Part shown: positions 24,324-34,631 of the stretch, piece after piece | How the letters are laid out: every line of letters starts with the position of its first letter | Numbering within the stretch: position 1 is the stretch's first letter | Assembly (NCBI GenBank): GCA_039794345.1 | Contig: JBDIVQ010000006.1 | Coordinates: 1 to 63,055 of the forward strand | Direction of reading: 5' to 3' | DNA length: 63,055 nt | Source: Phycisphaerae bacterium | GTDB taxonomy: Bacteria > Planctomycetota > Phycisphaerae > Phycisphaerales > UBA5793 | Program-made: the position numbers and the translations under genes | Notes under the pieces: model-generated | Seen by the model: only the letters and a program-made list of their open reading frames with translations | The model's database searches: none | Told to the model about the DNA's origin: nothing

Positions 24324-24725
24324 GCCGCCTGCTCCCCGCCCCCCACCCTCCACAAAGTGCAGTTCGAGGTACCGGGCGGTGTAGTCCATGATGCTCTTGG
24401 CTTCGGGGATGTCGGGGTTGGTCGTCGGGCCCATGGGGTCGAAGCGCATGTCCTTGAAGCGCCGCACCGCTTCCTCGAGCGGCAGGCCGTACTGAAGCGC
24501 GAGGCTGAAGGCCTGGCAGAAGGCCTGGATGAGGCCCGAGAGGGTTGAGCCTTCCTTGCTGATCTTGATGAAGACTTCGCCCGGCGAGCCGTCCGCGTGC
24601 AGGCCGATGGTCAGGTAGCCTTCCTGCCCGTTGATGCAGAACTTGTGAGTGATCGACTCGCGGACGGATGGGAGAACGCGGCGGCGGTAGGTCATGACAG
24701 CGGTCATTGGGTCTGGCCTTTCCAT
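24315..24725 (-). CDS. Stand-alone TSCPD-type domain protein (class II RNR C-terminal-like)
   Basis: RESITHKF-x-I-x-GQEGYLTIGL, GEVFIKISKEGSTLSG, SLALQYGLPL, RFDPMG-x-TTNPDIPEAKSIMDY resemble the NrdJ C-terminal region. Confidence 0.85.
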   Translation of the reverse strand: MERPDPMTAVMTYRRRVLPSVRESITHKFCINGQEGYLTIGLHADGSPGEVFIKISKEGSTLSGLIQAFCQAFSLALQYGLPLEEAVRRFKDMRFDPMGPTTNPDIPEAKSIMDYTARYLELHFVEGGGRGAGGRH

Positions 24726-24796
24726 GGCACATCGGTGGTGCAGCGCTTCATGCGCTGCTTTCCGCGGAGCGAACGTGGTGTTTGATCGGAACAATG

Positions 24797-25948
24797 CTAT
24801 GCGCCGATGCAAAACTGTTCGTCCCCGCCGCGGAAACTCCGGCCCGTGGGTTCTTCAAGGGATGGGGGCGGGGCAGGGGCGGCGGGCGGCTCGGACGCCG
24901 GCCAGGCGGAGCGCGTCAACAGCAGCGCGGACGCGAGGCAGAGCGCGGCGGCGGCGATGAGGCACCATCCCAGCACGCGCCGGGCGAGGGGATGGAGCCA
25001 CGGCGCCAGCCCCGGCAGCGCCAGCGCGGCGACGAGCAGGCCCGCCGGGCCGAGGGCGGTCAGGCCGGTGAGGTCGAGGGGCTGGTAGTCCACCTCGGCG
25101 AGTCGGCCGCGGCTGCGGATCATCGCGCTCCACGGAATGAGTCGCGTGCAGAGCAGGCCGAGGCCCAGCAGCGCGGAGAGGAGCATGGTGGAGACCGAGG
25201 CGCGGAGGCCGGCGCGCGGCCCGACGCTTCTGCACACGCCGAGCAGCGCGGCGGCCTGTCCCGCCAGCGCGAGCAGCGCCACCGCTGCGGGCAGCAATGG
25301 CGGGGGGATCCGCGCCTTGCCGAACGAGGCCGCAGGCAGCGCATGGCCGAGCGCGAGGGCAATCGCGCCGAGGAGCAGGGCTGCGGCGATGAGCGCTTTC
25401 CAGCCCGGGGCGACGGGATGCGCCAGCGGCCCGGTCCAGTCAACGAAGAAGGCGCTGCCGCGCGAATCGGCGCGGCCGGAGTGCGGCGCGTCGCCGCTGA
25501 CGGTCCAGAGCCAGAGGATGGCGGCGGTGAGGAGGAGGTGGCCGATCCAGTCCGGCAGCCGCGCGACGTAGGCGGCGCTGAGCAGCACGAGGCCGAGCAC
25601 GGCGCAGGCGAAGAAATGAGGTCCGTCCAGAACCCGATCATGGGTGAAGCCACGCCGATCGAGCAGGGCGACGCCGGAGACGGCGCCGGCCAGGGCGACG
25701 GGAGCGCCCACGAGCAGCACGAGCAGCAGGGCCGGTGAAAGTTCGGAGGAAAGCGGGCTCAGCGCCGTCGCCGCGAGGGGAAGGGCGACGAGCAGCGGCA
25801 GCCAGAGATCGATCCACGCGTGCAGCGGGCGCGAGGCGGGCGACTCTCGGCCCTCGCGCGCGAGGTTCGGAAGGACGCCGATGCTCAGGGCGCATACCAT
25901 CGCCGGTACGATTGCGGCGAGGCCGAGATGCACTAGCATCGGCGACAC
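24797..25948 (-). CDS. Hypothetical multi-pass membrane protein
   Basis: About ten Leu/Ala-rich hydrophobic segments; no family motif recognised. Confidence 0.55.
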   Translation of the reverse strand: MSPMLVHLGLAAIVPAMVCALSIGVLPNLAREGRESPASRPLHAWIDLWLPLLVALPLAATALSPLSSELSPALLLVLLVGAPVALAGAVSGVALLDRRGFTHDRVLDGPHFFACAVLGLVLLSAAYVARLPDWIGHLLLTAAILWLWTVSGDAPHSGRADSRGSAFFVDWTGPLAHPVAPGWKALIAAALLLGAIALALGHALPAASFGKARIPPPLLPAAVALLALAGQAAALLGVCRSVGPRAGLRASVSTMLLSALLGLGLLCTRLIPWSAMIRSRGRLAEVDYQPLDLTGLTALGPAGLLVAALALPGLAPWLHPLARRVLGWCLIAAAALCLASALLLTRSAWPASEPPAAPAPPPSLEEPTGRSFRGGDEQFCIGA

Positions 25949-26178
25949 GCCGCAAGTGTAGACGCGGCCGCGCGCCGGCGCGGGAGCGTAAACTGAGTGA
26001 GGCGGGCCGCGCCCGCCTGAAGATTCGACCGGACGTGACGCCGCGCGATGCGGCCCGCCAGAGGGCGACAGGATCGGCTTGCCGCCCCTCCCACCTGCGA
26101 CCGGTCGAATGAACGTCGGACTCGCGCATCATTGAATGGGCCGCGAGCAACCGCCAGCCATCAGCAAGGGAGAGAGTC

Positions 26179-29100
26179 ATGACGTCCTTCCGCAATCGCA
26201 CCGTCCGAACGCGTACCGCCGCGGCGACCTCCGCGCATCGCCCTGCGTTTCAGCCGCTCGAGCCGCGCAAACTGCTCAGCGCGACTCCGGCGGAGATCGC
26301 CAGCGCCCTCGACCTGCCCGAGGGTGTGACGGTCACGTACGAGGGGCACAGCGACGCGGTGGGAGTCTTCGAGAACTACACCGTGCACGGGCTGCTCGGC
26401 CTGCCGAGCGGTCCGAACGGCGAGTTCCTGGTGCTGAGCACAGCCCACGCCTTCGATGCGGTGCGCACCACCGACGCCGCCACGCGCGACATCACGACCC
26501 GCTACCGCGACCTGGGCGCGGAGGGGGCGGCAGACGACTTTGCGACGGTGCGCTTCACCGTGGAAGTGCCCTTCTCGCTGACCCGCCAGCGGCTGCTCAT
26601 CGACTTCATCTACGCGTCGGACATGAACACCGACGGCGGCGACTTCTTCGACATCATCATCAACGGCGTGAACGTCGCCGAGCTGGACGCCCGCGGCCGC
26701 ATCGGGGCCGGCGGGGCGTACGTCACCAACGAGCGCGATCCGGAGATCGGCGAGACGGTGCCGGGATTCGGATTCCAGGTCGGCACGGAGTATTCCGACC
26801 TGCTCACCGCCTCCTACTCGATTCCCGACGGCGTGATGACGCTCGACATCGAGATCACGCTCGCCGATTCGAGCGACGCCCTGCTCGACGCGTGGGCGCT
26901 CATCGACAACATCCGCTTCGAGACGGCGCAGGTTGTTTACCTCGACTTCGACGGGCAGGACATCGGCGACTTCTACCTTCCGGGGACGAACTACGTCGTG
27001 CCGGAGTTCGACGCGAACGACTTCGGGCTGGGGGGCAACTTCGCCGACGTCATCCAGGCCGACCTTGAAGCGGCCTTCGCGGCCTACGACGTCGTCTTCG
27101 TCACCAGCGAGCCGGTGAGCGGCGAGTTCATGCACGTCGTGATCGGCGGGCGCAACAGCGACACCGTGACAATCGACAACACGCGATCGACCGAGTGGCT
27201 GCGCCGGCCGCTCAACGCCTCGACGACCTTCCGGCAACTGTTCAACTACGTCAACTTCCGCAACGCGAGCGGGACGCAGCGGTCGTTCGGTCTCGCGGAC
27301 CGGCTCGACCTCGACAACGGCGACCTCGGCGACATGGCGGTGGTCTTCTCGGAGGAGATCGCGCGGCTCGGCGAGTTCGATTACGACGACCTCATCAACA
27401 CGATCGCCCACTACGTCGGCCGCAACCTCGGACTGCGCGCCGAGGCCTCGACCGCGACCGACTCGATCATGAACGAGGACATTCTCCAGCGCGGCAGCCT
27501 GTTCCAGAACAACGCGAACGATCTGCTGAGCATCCAGTGGGGCGACCGCATCCCCGGCGCGGAAGTGATGCGCCAGAACGCAGACGAGGTGCTGCTGGCG
27601 AACCTCGGCCCGTCGGACGACTCATCGGGCATCGTGAGGGCCTGGACCGACGCCGCCCGCCTCAATGAGGCGCACTGGACCATCGCCCAGCCGACGCGCA
27701 GCCGCCTCTTCGACGCCCAGTTCATCATCATCGGCGACCGGCACACGCGCACGCACGCGATCTTCGCCGATGAGTGGGATTCGGACCAGATCATCGTGAC
27801 CGACTACGCGGGCGGAGATCCGCAGATCGTCATCACGGCCTCGAGCCGCGACGGCGGGCAGATCGATTTCGAGACTTACGGCCCGCGCAACCTCGGCCAG
27901 TACAACCAGGTGACCAACGACGCCCAGATCGTGCTTATCAGCCTCTACGAGGAGGTTGGTTCGGCCCCCATCTTCCGCGGGCAGGCGACGGTCATCCGCA
28001 CGGCGGCGGCGGACGAGACGGTGTACTACCGCTCCTTCGAGTTCACCGAGGCGGACGGCGACCTAATCACCATCACCCTCACCTCGAACACCGGCCTCTA
28101 CGCGGTCGAGGAGACGGAGGGGGGGCTGGTCATCACCCTCGCCGAGACTGACTCACGCCGCGACACGATGACGATCAACGTCAAGCGGCGGGGCGACGGC
28201 GACGGCCGGGCCGTCATCAGCGGTATTCTCGGCTCGGGGCTGCGCACGCTCAAAGTCCTCCGCACCGACATCAACGGCGCCGGCGTGGACCTCGCGAACA
28301 TCGGCGTGGGCCGCTTCGACAGCATCCTCGGCTCCACGAACTTCAACGTCCGGCAGGACGATGGGGTGAACGGCAATCTCCAGTTCGACTCGATCGGGGG
28401 CGAGTCCCGCTTCGTCGTCGGCCGCCTGGCGCGCAAGTTCCGCGCGGAGGAGATCACCGGCGGGTCCTTCGCGTTCGGCGAACTCGTCCGCTTCGACGCC
28501 CGCAGCGACATGGGAGCAGCGCGCCTGGACATCGAGGACGCCGACCGCGCCATCATGAAGATCATCGGGAGCGTCACAGGCGGCGTCTGGACTGTCTGGG
28601 GCGAGGATGACCGGCGCGATTCCTGGAAACTCGTGGACATCCGCGGCTCGGCCAGCGGTCTGAGCCTCGAGGCGCCCGGCCGGCTCATGACCCTCAAGGT
28701 CCGCGAGGACTTTGAGGCCGACGTGGATCTCCTCGCCCTCAACAAGGCCACCCTCCGCGGCGACTGGTCCGGCACGATGATCCTCCGCCACGACGGGAGC
28801 GACTTCCGCGAGTCCTCACGCTCCATCAAGGCGCTCGGCGCGGCGCGCGATGTCCTCTTCCAGGCACAGGACTCCGTCCGCCTCATCCAACTCGGCACGT
28901 CGATCGACAGCAACTTCTACGTCGGATTCGACTTCTCCGTCACGAGCGGGCTGGTCGTCGATCCCACCCTCATCGTCAACGAGGAGGCGCGGGTCAAGAC
29001 CTTCAAGATCCGCGGCCTGCGTGACGAGTTGTTCGGAATGGTCAACTCGATCGTCTCTGCGGTCACCTTCGGCAAGGTGTATCTTGACGACGTGAACGGC

Positions 29101-29250
29101 GACAACGGGGGCGTGCCCTTCGGCGTCTCCGCCCGAAGCGTCGATCGAATCCAGTTCAACACCGGCACGGGCGAGATCGTCAATCGCGGCGAGTCCTGGT
29201 ACCTCGACAACGACAACAGCGACGACTTCCTCCTCGGCCGGATCATCTGA
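26179..29250 (+). CDS. Large planctomycete extracellular protein (LEPRxLL motif)
   Basis: FQPLEPRKLLS; acidic beta-rich body; VVYLDFDG and a degenerate zincin-like motif AHYVGRNLGL. Confidence 0.85.
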   Translation: MTSFRNRTVRTRTAAATSAHRPAFQPLEPRKLLSATPAEIASALDLPEGVTVTYEGHSDAVGVFENYTVHGLLGLPSGPNGEFLVLSTAHAFDAVRTTDAATRDITTRYRDLGAEGAADDFATVRFTVEVPFSLTRQRLLIDFIYASDMNTDGGDFFDIIINGVNVAELDARGRIGAGGAYVTNERDPEIGETVPGFGFQVGTEYSDLLTASYSIPDGVMTLDIEITLADSSDALLDAWALIDNIRFETAQVVYLDFDGQDIGDFYLPGTNYVVPEFDANDFGLGGNFADVIQADLEAAFAAYDVVFVTSEPVSGEFMHVVIGGRNSDTVTIDNTRSTEWLRRPLNASTTFRQLFNYVNFRNASGTQRSFGLADRLDLDNGDLGDMAVVFSEEIARLGEFDYDDLINTIAHYVGRNLGLRAEASTATDSIMNEDILQRGSLFQNNANDLLSIQWGDRIPGAEVMRQNADEVLLANLGPSDDSSGIVRAWTDAARLNEAHWTIAQPTRSRLFDAQFIIIGDRHTRTHAIFADEWDSDQIIVTDYAGGDPQIVITASSRDGGQIDFETYGPRNLGQYNQVTNDAQIVLISLYEEVGSAPIFRGQATVIRTAAADETVYYRSFEFTEADGDLITITLTSNTGLYAVEETEGGLVITLAETDSRRDTMTINVKRRGDGDGRAVISGILGSGLRTLKVLRTDINGAGVDLANIGVGRFDSILGSTNFNVRQDDGVNGNLQFDSIGGESRFVVGRLARKFRAEEITGGSFAFGELVRFDARSDMGAARLDIEDADRAIMKIIGSVTGGVWTVWGEDDRRDSWKLVDIRGSASGLSLEAPGRLMTLKVREDFEADVDLLALNKATLRGDWSGTMILRHDGSDFRESSRSIKALGAARDVLFQAQDSVRLIQLGTSIDSNFYVGFDFSVTSGLVVDPTLIVNEEARVKTFKIRGLRDELFGMVNSIVSAVTFGKVYLDDVNGDNGGVPFGVSARSVDRIQFNTGTGEIVNRGESWYLDNDNSDDFLLGRII

Positions 29251-29397
29251 CCCGCCACGAGTCTGAGACTCCCATCCTCCCCCGGCCCGCGCTCGGGCCG
29301 GGGGCTAGGATGGGCCCGTGGAAGGGCTGCAACTTCACTGCGGCAGGGCCGTAGGAAGAGGCGTCCGGTCTGTTGATCCAACCCCAGGGGAACCGCG

Positions 29398-30957
29398 ATG
29401 CACCAATCGATGCTGGTCCGTGCGGCGCGCCGCCTCGGCGCTGGCGCTTCACTTTCGCTCACGATCCTCCTTGCCGCCTGCCAGGGCAAGGATGCCTCCA
29501 ACCCGCACGTCTCCCCCGCCCTTGAGGGCGGCGAGGCCGCGTGGTCGGCGGAGGTCATGGCCATCATCGACGAAGGCAAGAACCGCAATCAGGTAATGGA
29601 GCACCTCCGGCACCTCACGCAGGGAATCGGGCCGCGGCTGACGGGCTCAACGCGGGCGAAAACCGCCAACGAATGGGCGGCCGAGCAATTCCGTTCCTGG
29701 GGGCTGGTCAACGTTGAGGTTCGTGAGTGGGGAACGATTCCCGCGGGCTTCGACCGCGGCCCCTCCTACGGCCGAATGGTGGCGCCGCGCGGTGCGGACC
29801 GCGAGTTCGAGTTCACGTGGTCGGCGTGGACTCCGGGGACGAACGGACCGGTTCGCGGCACGCTCTACCGCGAGCCGGCCAGCCAGGAGGAGTTTGACGC
29901 CATCGCCGCCAACCTCAAGGGCGCGTGGATCCTCCAGCCTGCGCGCGGCAGCGGAGCGAGGCGCGGCGTGATCGATCCGGGCGGCGCCACCCCGACCGAC
30001 TGGCTGGCCAAGTGCCGCGAGGCGGGCATCGCCGGCGTCATCTCCGTGGCGCGCGGCGGCGAACTCGTCCACACGGGCGGCAACTTCCGCAACGTCGATC
30101 TCGACAGTCTCCCGACCTCGACGAACATCACCGTCCGCCGCTCCGACTATGACGCCATGAACAGCCGGCTGGCCGACGGCGAGGAAGTCGTCGTCGAGTT
30201 CGATTGCCAGGCCACCTTCATCCCCGGCCCGGTGCCCTGCTACAACACCATTGCGGAGATTCCCGGCACGGACAAGCCCGATGAAGTCGTGATCGTCTCG
30301 GCCCACCTCGACAGTTGGGACGGTCCCGGTTCGCAGGGAACGGTGGACAACGGCACCGGCTCATCCGTCACCCTCGAAACCGCGCGCATCCTCGCCGCCA
30401 GCGGCGTCAAGCCCAGGCGCACCATCCGCTTCATCCTCTGGACGGGCGAGGAGCAGGGTCTGCTCGGCTCCCGGGCCTACGTCGAAACCCTCTCGGATGA
30501 AGAACTCGCGAAGATCTCCGCTGTGTTCGTGGACGATGGCGGGACCAACTATCAGGGCGGGCTGCAAGTCATCGAATCGATGGCGCCGATGCTCGCCGAG
30601 GCGACCGCGCCGATCAACGAGGCCTTTCCCGAGATGCCCGTCGCGATCAACATCAACCCGCGCATGCCGCGCGGCGGCGCGAGCGACCATGCCTCGTTCA
30701 ACGCCAGGGGCGTCCCCGGATTCTTCTGGGACGAGGTCGGCCGCGCCGACTACCGCTACGCATGGCACACGCAGAACGACAAGTTTGAGCAGGGCATCCC
30801 GGAGTACCTCATCCAGTCCTCCACCTGCTCGGCGGTTACCGCGTTCAATCTCGCCAACGCCGAGACGCTTCTGCCTCGTCAGCCGCCTCTGGCGGAGGGT
30901 GAAGAAGAGGAACAGCCTCGGCCGCGGCGCCGGTCGCCGGCGAGCGAGCAGAACTGA
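29398..30957 (+). CDS. M28 family metallopeptidase (carboxypeptidase Q-like), probable lipoprotein
   Basis: LAAC lipobox, IGPRLTGS, SAHLDSWD, DNGTG, GEEQGLLGS, SDHASF, WHTQND. Confidence 0.92.
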   Translation: MHQSMLVRAARRLGAGASLSLTILLAACQGKDASNPHVSPALEGGEAAWSAEVMAIIDEGKNRNQVMEHLRHLTQGIGPRLTGSTRAKTANEWAAEQFRSWGLVNVEVREWGTIPAGFDRGPSYGRMVAPRGADREFEFTWSAWTPGTNGPVRGTLYREPASQEEFDAIAANLKGAWILQPARGSGARRGVIDPGGATPTDWLAKCREAGIAGVISVARGGELVHTGGNFRNVDLDSLPTSTNITVRRSDYDAMNSRLADGEEVVVEFDCQATFIPGPVPCYNTIAEIPGTDKPDEVVIVSAHLDSWDGPGSQGTVDNGTGSSVTLETARILAASGVKPRRTIRFILWTGEEQGLLGSRAYVETLSDEELAKISAVFVDDGGTNYQGGLQVIESMAPMLAEATAPINEAFPEMPVAININPRMPRGGASDHASFNARGVPGFFWDEVGRADYRYAWHTQNDKFEQGIPEYLIQSSTCSAVTAFNLANAETLLPRQPPLAEGEEEEQPRPRRRSPASEQN

Positions 30958-31005
30958 CGCTCGGCGCGGGCTGGAACGCTTCCACTCCCCGCGTGCCGCT
31001 GCCGC

Positions 31006-31044
31006 GTGGCATCGATCGCCGGCTGGCTTGGCCGGAGATCGACG
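31006..31044 (+). repeat. Diverged copy of palindromic element B
   Basis: gtggcatcgatcgcc...ggagatcga between convergent genes. Confidence 0.65.
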
Positions 31045-31166
31045 GCCAACGTGCAGGCGAGCCGGTGGTGGAAAGGGCCGCCACACGGCATCGCGCCAGC
31101 GTGCCGTGTGAGAACGCGCCAGCGTGCCGTGCCCCCCCACCCACCCGCACGTCGGGTGGATCTGCT

Positions 31167-32393
31167 CTACTGGATGGCGCGCGAGATGGTCATGATGGGC
31201 AGGAGCATGGCGATGGCGACGAAGCCGACCACCGCCCCCATGATGCCGATCATCGCCGGCTCGAGGTATTGCGTGGTGCGCGTGATCGCCTCGTCGAGTT
31301 CCTCCTCGGCGGTCTGGCCGATCTGCTCCATCACCGGTCCGAGACGGCCGGTCGCCTCGCCGGCGGAGACCATGCGCACGACGTTCGGGCTGATGAGGTG
31401 GCTCTCCGAGAAGGAGTTGCTCAGCGAGCGACCCTGCTCCAGGTCGAACTCGACCTGCTTCCAGAGCGACTGGTAGTACGCGTTGTTCGTCAGGCCGCGA
31501 GTGATCGCGACGGCCTCGAGCAGATCGACGCCTGAGACGATGAGCGTCGCCATCGTCCGCGCGCTGCGCGTCAGGAAGAGTTGGCGGTACATGCTCCCGA
31601 CGACCGGCAGGTGGAGTTTGGTCCAGTCCACGCTCAATCGACCGTAGTGCGTGCGCAGGAAGAGGGCGGCAAGTACGCCGACGGTCACCAGCGCCATCGC
31701 GATCGTCAGCCAGTTTTCCTGCAGGAAGGCGCTCAGGGCGAGCATGATCTTCGTCGGCGCCGGCAGAAGGGCGGCGCGCTTCGCGTAGATGGAGGCGAAT
31801 CGCGGCAGAACGACCGTGACGAGAAAGACGGTGATGACGAGCGAGAGAACGATCATGACGGAGGGATACGCCACCGCGCTCTTGATCTGCCGTGCCGTCT
31901 TGAGTTCCTTGTTCATGTACTGCGAAACGCGTCCGAGCATGAGGGCCATCGTGCCCGAGGCCTCCGACGCCTTGACGAGCGTGACGGTGATGGGCGGAAA
32001 GACGCGCGGCCAGCGGGCCATGGCCGATGAAAGCGTCGCACCCGAGTGGACCTCATCCTGGATGGCGCGCGAGATGCGCCGGAAGTGCGTCTGCTGTCCG
32101 ACGGCGTTGAAGGCTTCGAGGGCGTCGCCCAGGGGAACGCCCGCCTCGAGCATCACGCTGATCTGGTGGCAGAACTCGATCACGTCGGCCCGCGAGACGC
32201 GCTTGGCCGCCTCGACCGTGCGAATCTGCTCGACCCGGCTCTCCATCGACCGCACCACGCCCGGCGTGATGTCGAGGACGTACTTGCCCTCGGCGCGGAG
32301 GAACCGGCTCGCCTCCATGATCGACTCGGCGTTGACCGTGCCGTCGATCAGTTCCCCTCGAAGATCGCGTGCTCTGTAGGTGAAGACGCCCAT
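31167..32393 (-). CDS. pilC: Type II secretion F / PilC family platform protein
   Basis: MLEAGVPL, KASEASG, IKSAVAYP, AGEATGRL, LEPAMI. Confidence 0.9.
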   Translation of the reverse strand: MGVFTYRARDLRGELIDGTVNAESIMEASRFLRAEGKYVLDITPGVVRSMESRVEQIRTVEAAKRVSRADVIEFCHQISVMLEAGVPLGDALEAFNAVGQQTHFRRISRAIQDEVHSGATLSSAMARWPRVFPPITVTLVKASEASGTMALMLGRVSQYMNKELKTARQIKSAVAYPSVMIVLSLVITVFLVTVVLPRFASIYAKRAALLPAPTKIMLALSAFLQENWLTIAMALVTVGVLAALFLRTHYGRLSVDWTKLHLPVVGSMYRQLFLTRSARTMATLIVSGVDLLEAVAITRGLTNNAYYQSLWKQVEFDLEQGRSLSNSFSESHLISPNVVRMVSAGEATGRLGPVMEQIGQTAEEELDEAITRTTQYLEPAMIGIMGAVVGFVAIAMLLPIMTISRAIQ

Positions 32394-32429
32394 GGTGTCC
32401 TGCTCCCGTCTTTGCGCCGTTCCGGGCGT

Positions 32430-34169
32430 TTATATAGCGGTCGTGTAGAAGACCTCTTCGACCGTGGTCAGCCCTTCGACCGCCTTGCGCAGCCCGTCCT
32501 GTCGCAACGTCGTGTATTTCAGTTTGGCCAGGGCACCGCGGATCTCGTGCAGGTTGGCGCCGCGGCCGATGGCCTCGAGCAGGTGCTCGCTCGGAATGAA
32601 CAGTTCGAAGATCCCCACGCGCCCGGAGAAGCCGGTCGTGCGGCACTTGGCGCACCCCGCACCACGGTGGAGCGACTCGAACGTGCCGATCGACTGCTCG
32701 ACGGCCTTGCGCGTGACGGCGTCCGGTTCGTAGGCCTCCTTGCAGTGCACGCAGATCTTGCGGACCAGCCGCTGCGCCAGCACGCCGCGCACGATGGCGG
32801 CGACGAGGTAGGGCTCGATGCCGAGGTTGATCAGGCGCGTCACCGCGCTCGGCGCGTCATTCGTGTGCAGCGTGCTGAGCACGAGGTGCCCCGTCAGAGC
32901 GGCCTGCGTCACGATTCTCGCTGTCTCCGAGTCGCGAATCTCGCCCACCATCACCACGTCCGGATCCTGGCGGAGCAGCGAACGGAGCGCGGTGGCGAAG
33001 GTGAATCCCGCCTTCTCATTCACCTGAAACTGGTTGATGCCGGTGATGCCCGCCTCGACGGGATCTTCGACCGTGCTGATGTTGATCTCTTCGGAATTGA
33101 GTTCGACGAGCGCGGAGTAGAGCGTCGTGGACTTTCCGCTGCCGGTCGGACCGGTGACGAGGATGACGCCGTTGGGCTGCGTGACGATCTGCCGCCACGT
33201 CTTGAGCATCTCGGGCGTGAAGCCGAGCTTCTCGACGTTGACGATGACGTTGCTGCTGTCGATGATGCGGACGACGACCTTCTCGCCGTTCTTGCCGGGC
33301 ATGGTGGAGACGCGGAGGTCAACCGGCCGGCCGTCGAGCATGACGTGGATGTCGCCGTCCTGCGGCAGGCGGCGCTCCGAAATGTCCATGCCGGACATGA
33401 TCTTGATGCGGCTGACGATCGCCAGTTGCATCGCCGGAGGCGGGCTGATCTTCTGGTAGAGCCGGCCGTCCACGCGATAGCGCACCCGCAGCCGGCCGTT
33501 CTCCGGTTCGATGTGGATGTCCGATGCCCCCTCCTGCACGGCGGAGTAGATGAGGAAGTTGACGAGTTTGACGACGGGCGAATGTCCCGCCACCTCCTCA
33601 AGTTTGGACAGTTCGGTAATCTGGCGCTCTACGACGGTAAAGTCGTCCTCGTTCAACTCCTGGTAGATGTCGTCGATGACGAAGACGTTGGCGTCGGGAA
33701 GGTACTGCCGCAGGGTGTTCTGGATGTCGGTGGCGGCGCTGGCGACGATCTGCACGTCGTAGTTGCTCAGCCGCGTAATCTCTTCGACGAGATAAAGGTT
33801 GGCGGGCTCCGCGACGGCGACGGTCAGACGGCCCCGCACCAGAAAAAGCGGCAGCACGCCGTGCGTCTCAAGGAACTCGCGCGGCAGGGTCTCGATGACC
33901 TTCGGATCGGCAAGTTTGGGCGAGACCTTGGCGTAGGGCACGCCGTAGGCCTCGGCGAGGACGGACAGCACCTGGTCTTCAGTGACAAAGCCCATCTCGA
34001 CGAGCACCTCGCCGAGCAGCTTGCGATGCCCCCCCTGCCCCTGTCCCGCCAGCGCTTGATTCAATTGCTCCTCGGTGAGCAGGCCGCGCTCGAGGAGCAT
34101 CTCTCCGAGTTGCATTTTCGTGCCGTCGCGGAGCGAGCAGCGATCGGTGGTCATGGATGCCTGAATCAT
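32430..34169 (-). CDS. pilB: GspE/PilB/MshE family assembly ATPase
   Basis: ASDIHIEP, ERRLPQDG, GPTGSGKSTT, TVEDPVE, LRQDPDVVMVGEIRD, GHLVLSTLHTND, Zn-binding CxxC pairs; MshEN-like N-terminus. Confidence 0.92.
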   Translation of the reverse strand: MIQASMTTDRCSLRDGTKMQLGEMLLERGLLTEEQLNQALAGQGQGGHRKLLGEVLVEMGFVTEDQVLSVLAEAYGVPYAKVSPKLADPKVIETLPREFLETHGVLPLFLVRGRLTVAVAEPANLYLVEEITRLSNYDVQIVASAATDIQNTLRQYLPDANVFVIDDIYQELNEDDFTVVERQITELSKLEEVAGHSPVVKLVNFLIYSAVQEGASDIHIEPENGRLRVRYRVDGRLYQKISPPPAMQLAIVSRIKIMSGMDISERRLPQDGDIHVMLDGRPVDLRVSTMPGKNGEKVVVRIIDSSNVIVNVEKLGFTPEMLKTWRQIVTQPNGVILVTGPTGSGKSTTLYSALVELNSEEINISTVEDPVEAGITGINQFQVNEKAGFTFATALRSLLRQDPDVVMVGEIRDSETARIVTQAALTGHLVLSTLHTNDAPSAVTRLINLGIEPYLVAAIVRGVLAQRLVRKICVHCKEAYEPDAVTRKAVEQSIGTFESLHRGAGCAKCRTTGFSGRVGIFELFIPSEHLLEAIGRGANLHEIRGALAKLKYTTLRQDGLRKAVEGLTTVEEVFYTTAI

Positions 34170-34252
34170 GGTGAACTCCAACGGGAAGGCGCTGTGTAGG
34201 GAGCGCCTGAATCTTCGCGGTCTCCTTCCCGGCACAGGAGCGCCGGGGCTTT

Positions 34253-34289
34253 GCCTTGATGCCTTGATCCCTTGATGCCTCGATCCCTC
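34253..34289. repeat. Octamer tandem repeat (SCCTYGAT)x~4.5
   Basis: gccttgat gccttgat cccttgat gcctcgat ccctc. Confidence 0.85.
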
Positions 34290-34295
34290 CTCGTC

Positions 34296-34631
34296 TCACC
34301 GCAGCGACCGAATCGCGTCGGTCACTTCCTCGTGGGTGTCGAACTGGTGCTGCAGCCGCGTGATCTCGAGGATCTTGCGGATGTTCTCATCCGGCGCGAC
34401 GAGTCGGATCTGGCCGAGATGCTCGGCGGCGGCCTCCTGGAGCCAGAGCAAGGTCTCGAGGCCGGCGCTGTCCACGAAGGTCAAGCCGTGCACCTGGAGG
34501 ACGAAGTCGCGCGTGCCGCGTGAGATCCGCTCGGCCACGGTGCGCCGGAGTGAATCGACGTGGTCGTGCGTCAGGTCGCCCTCGATCGAGACGATGGAGA
34601 TCTTGTCGTGGTCCTCGTACTTGACTCTCAT
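34296..34631 (-). CDS. STAS domain protein
   Basis: IEGDL, LTFVDSAGLETL, IRKILEITRL; ATGA coupling to the upstream gene. Confidence 0.9.
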   Translation of the reverse strand: MRVKYEDHDKISIVSIEGDLTHDHVDSLRRTVAERISRGTRDFVLQVHGLTFVDSAGLETLLWLQEAAAEHLGQIRLVAPDENIRKILEITRLQHQFDTHEEVTDAIRSLR

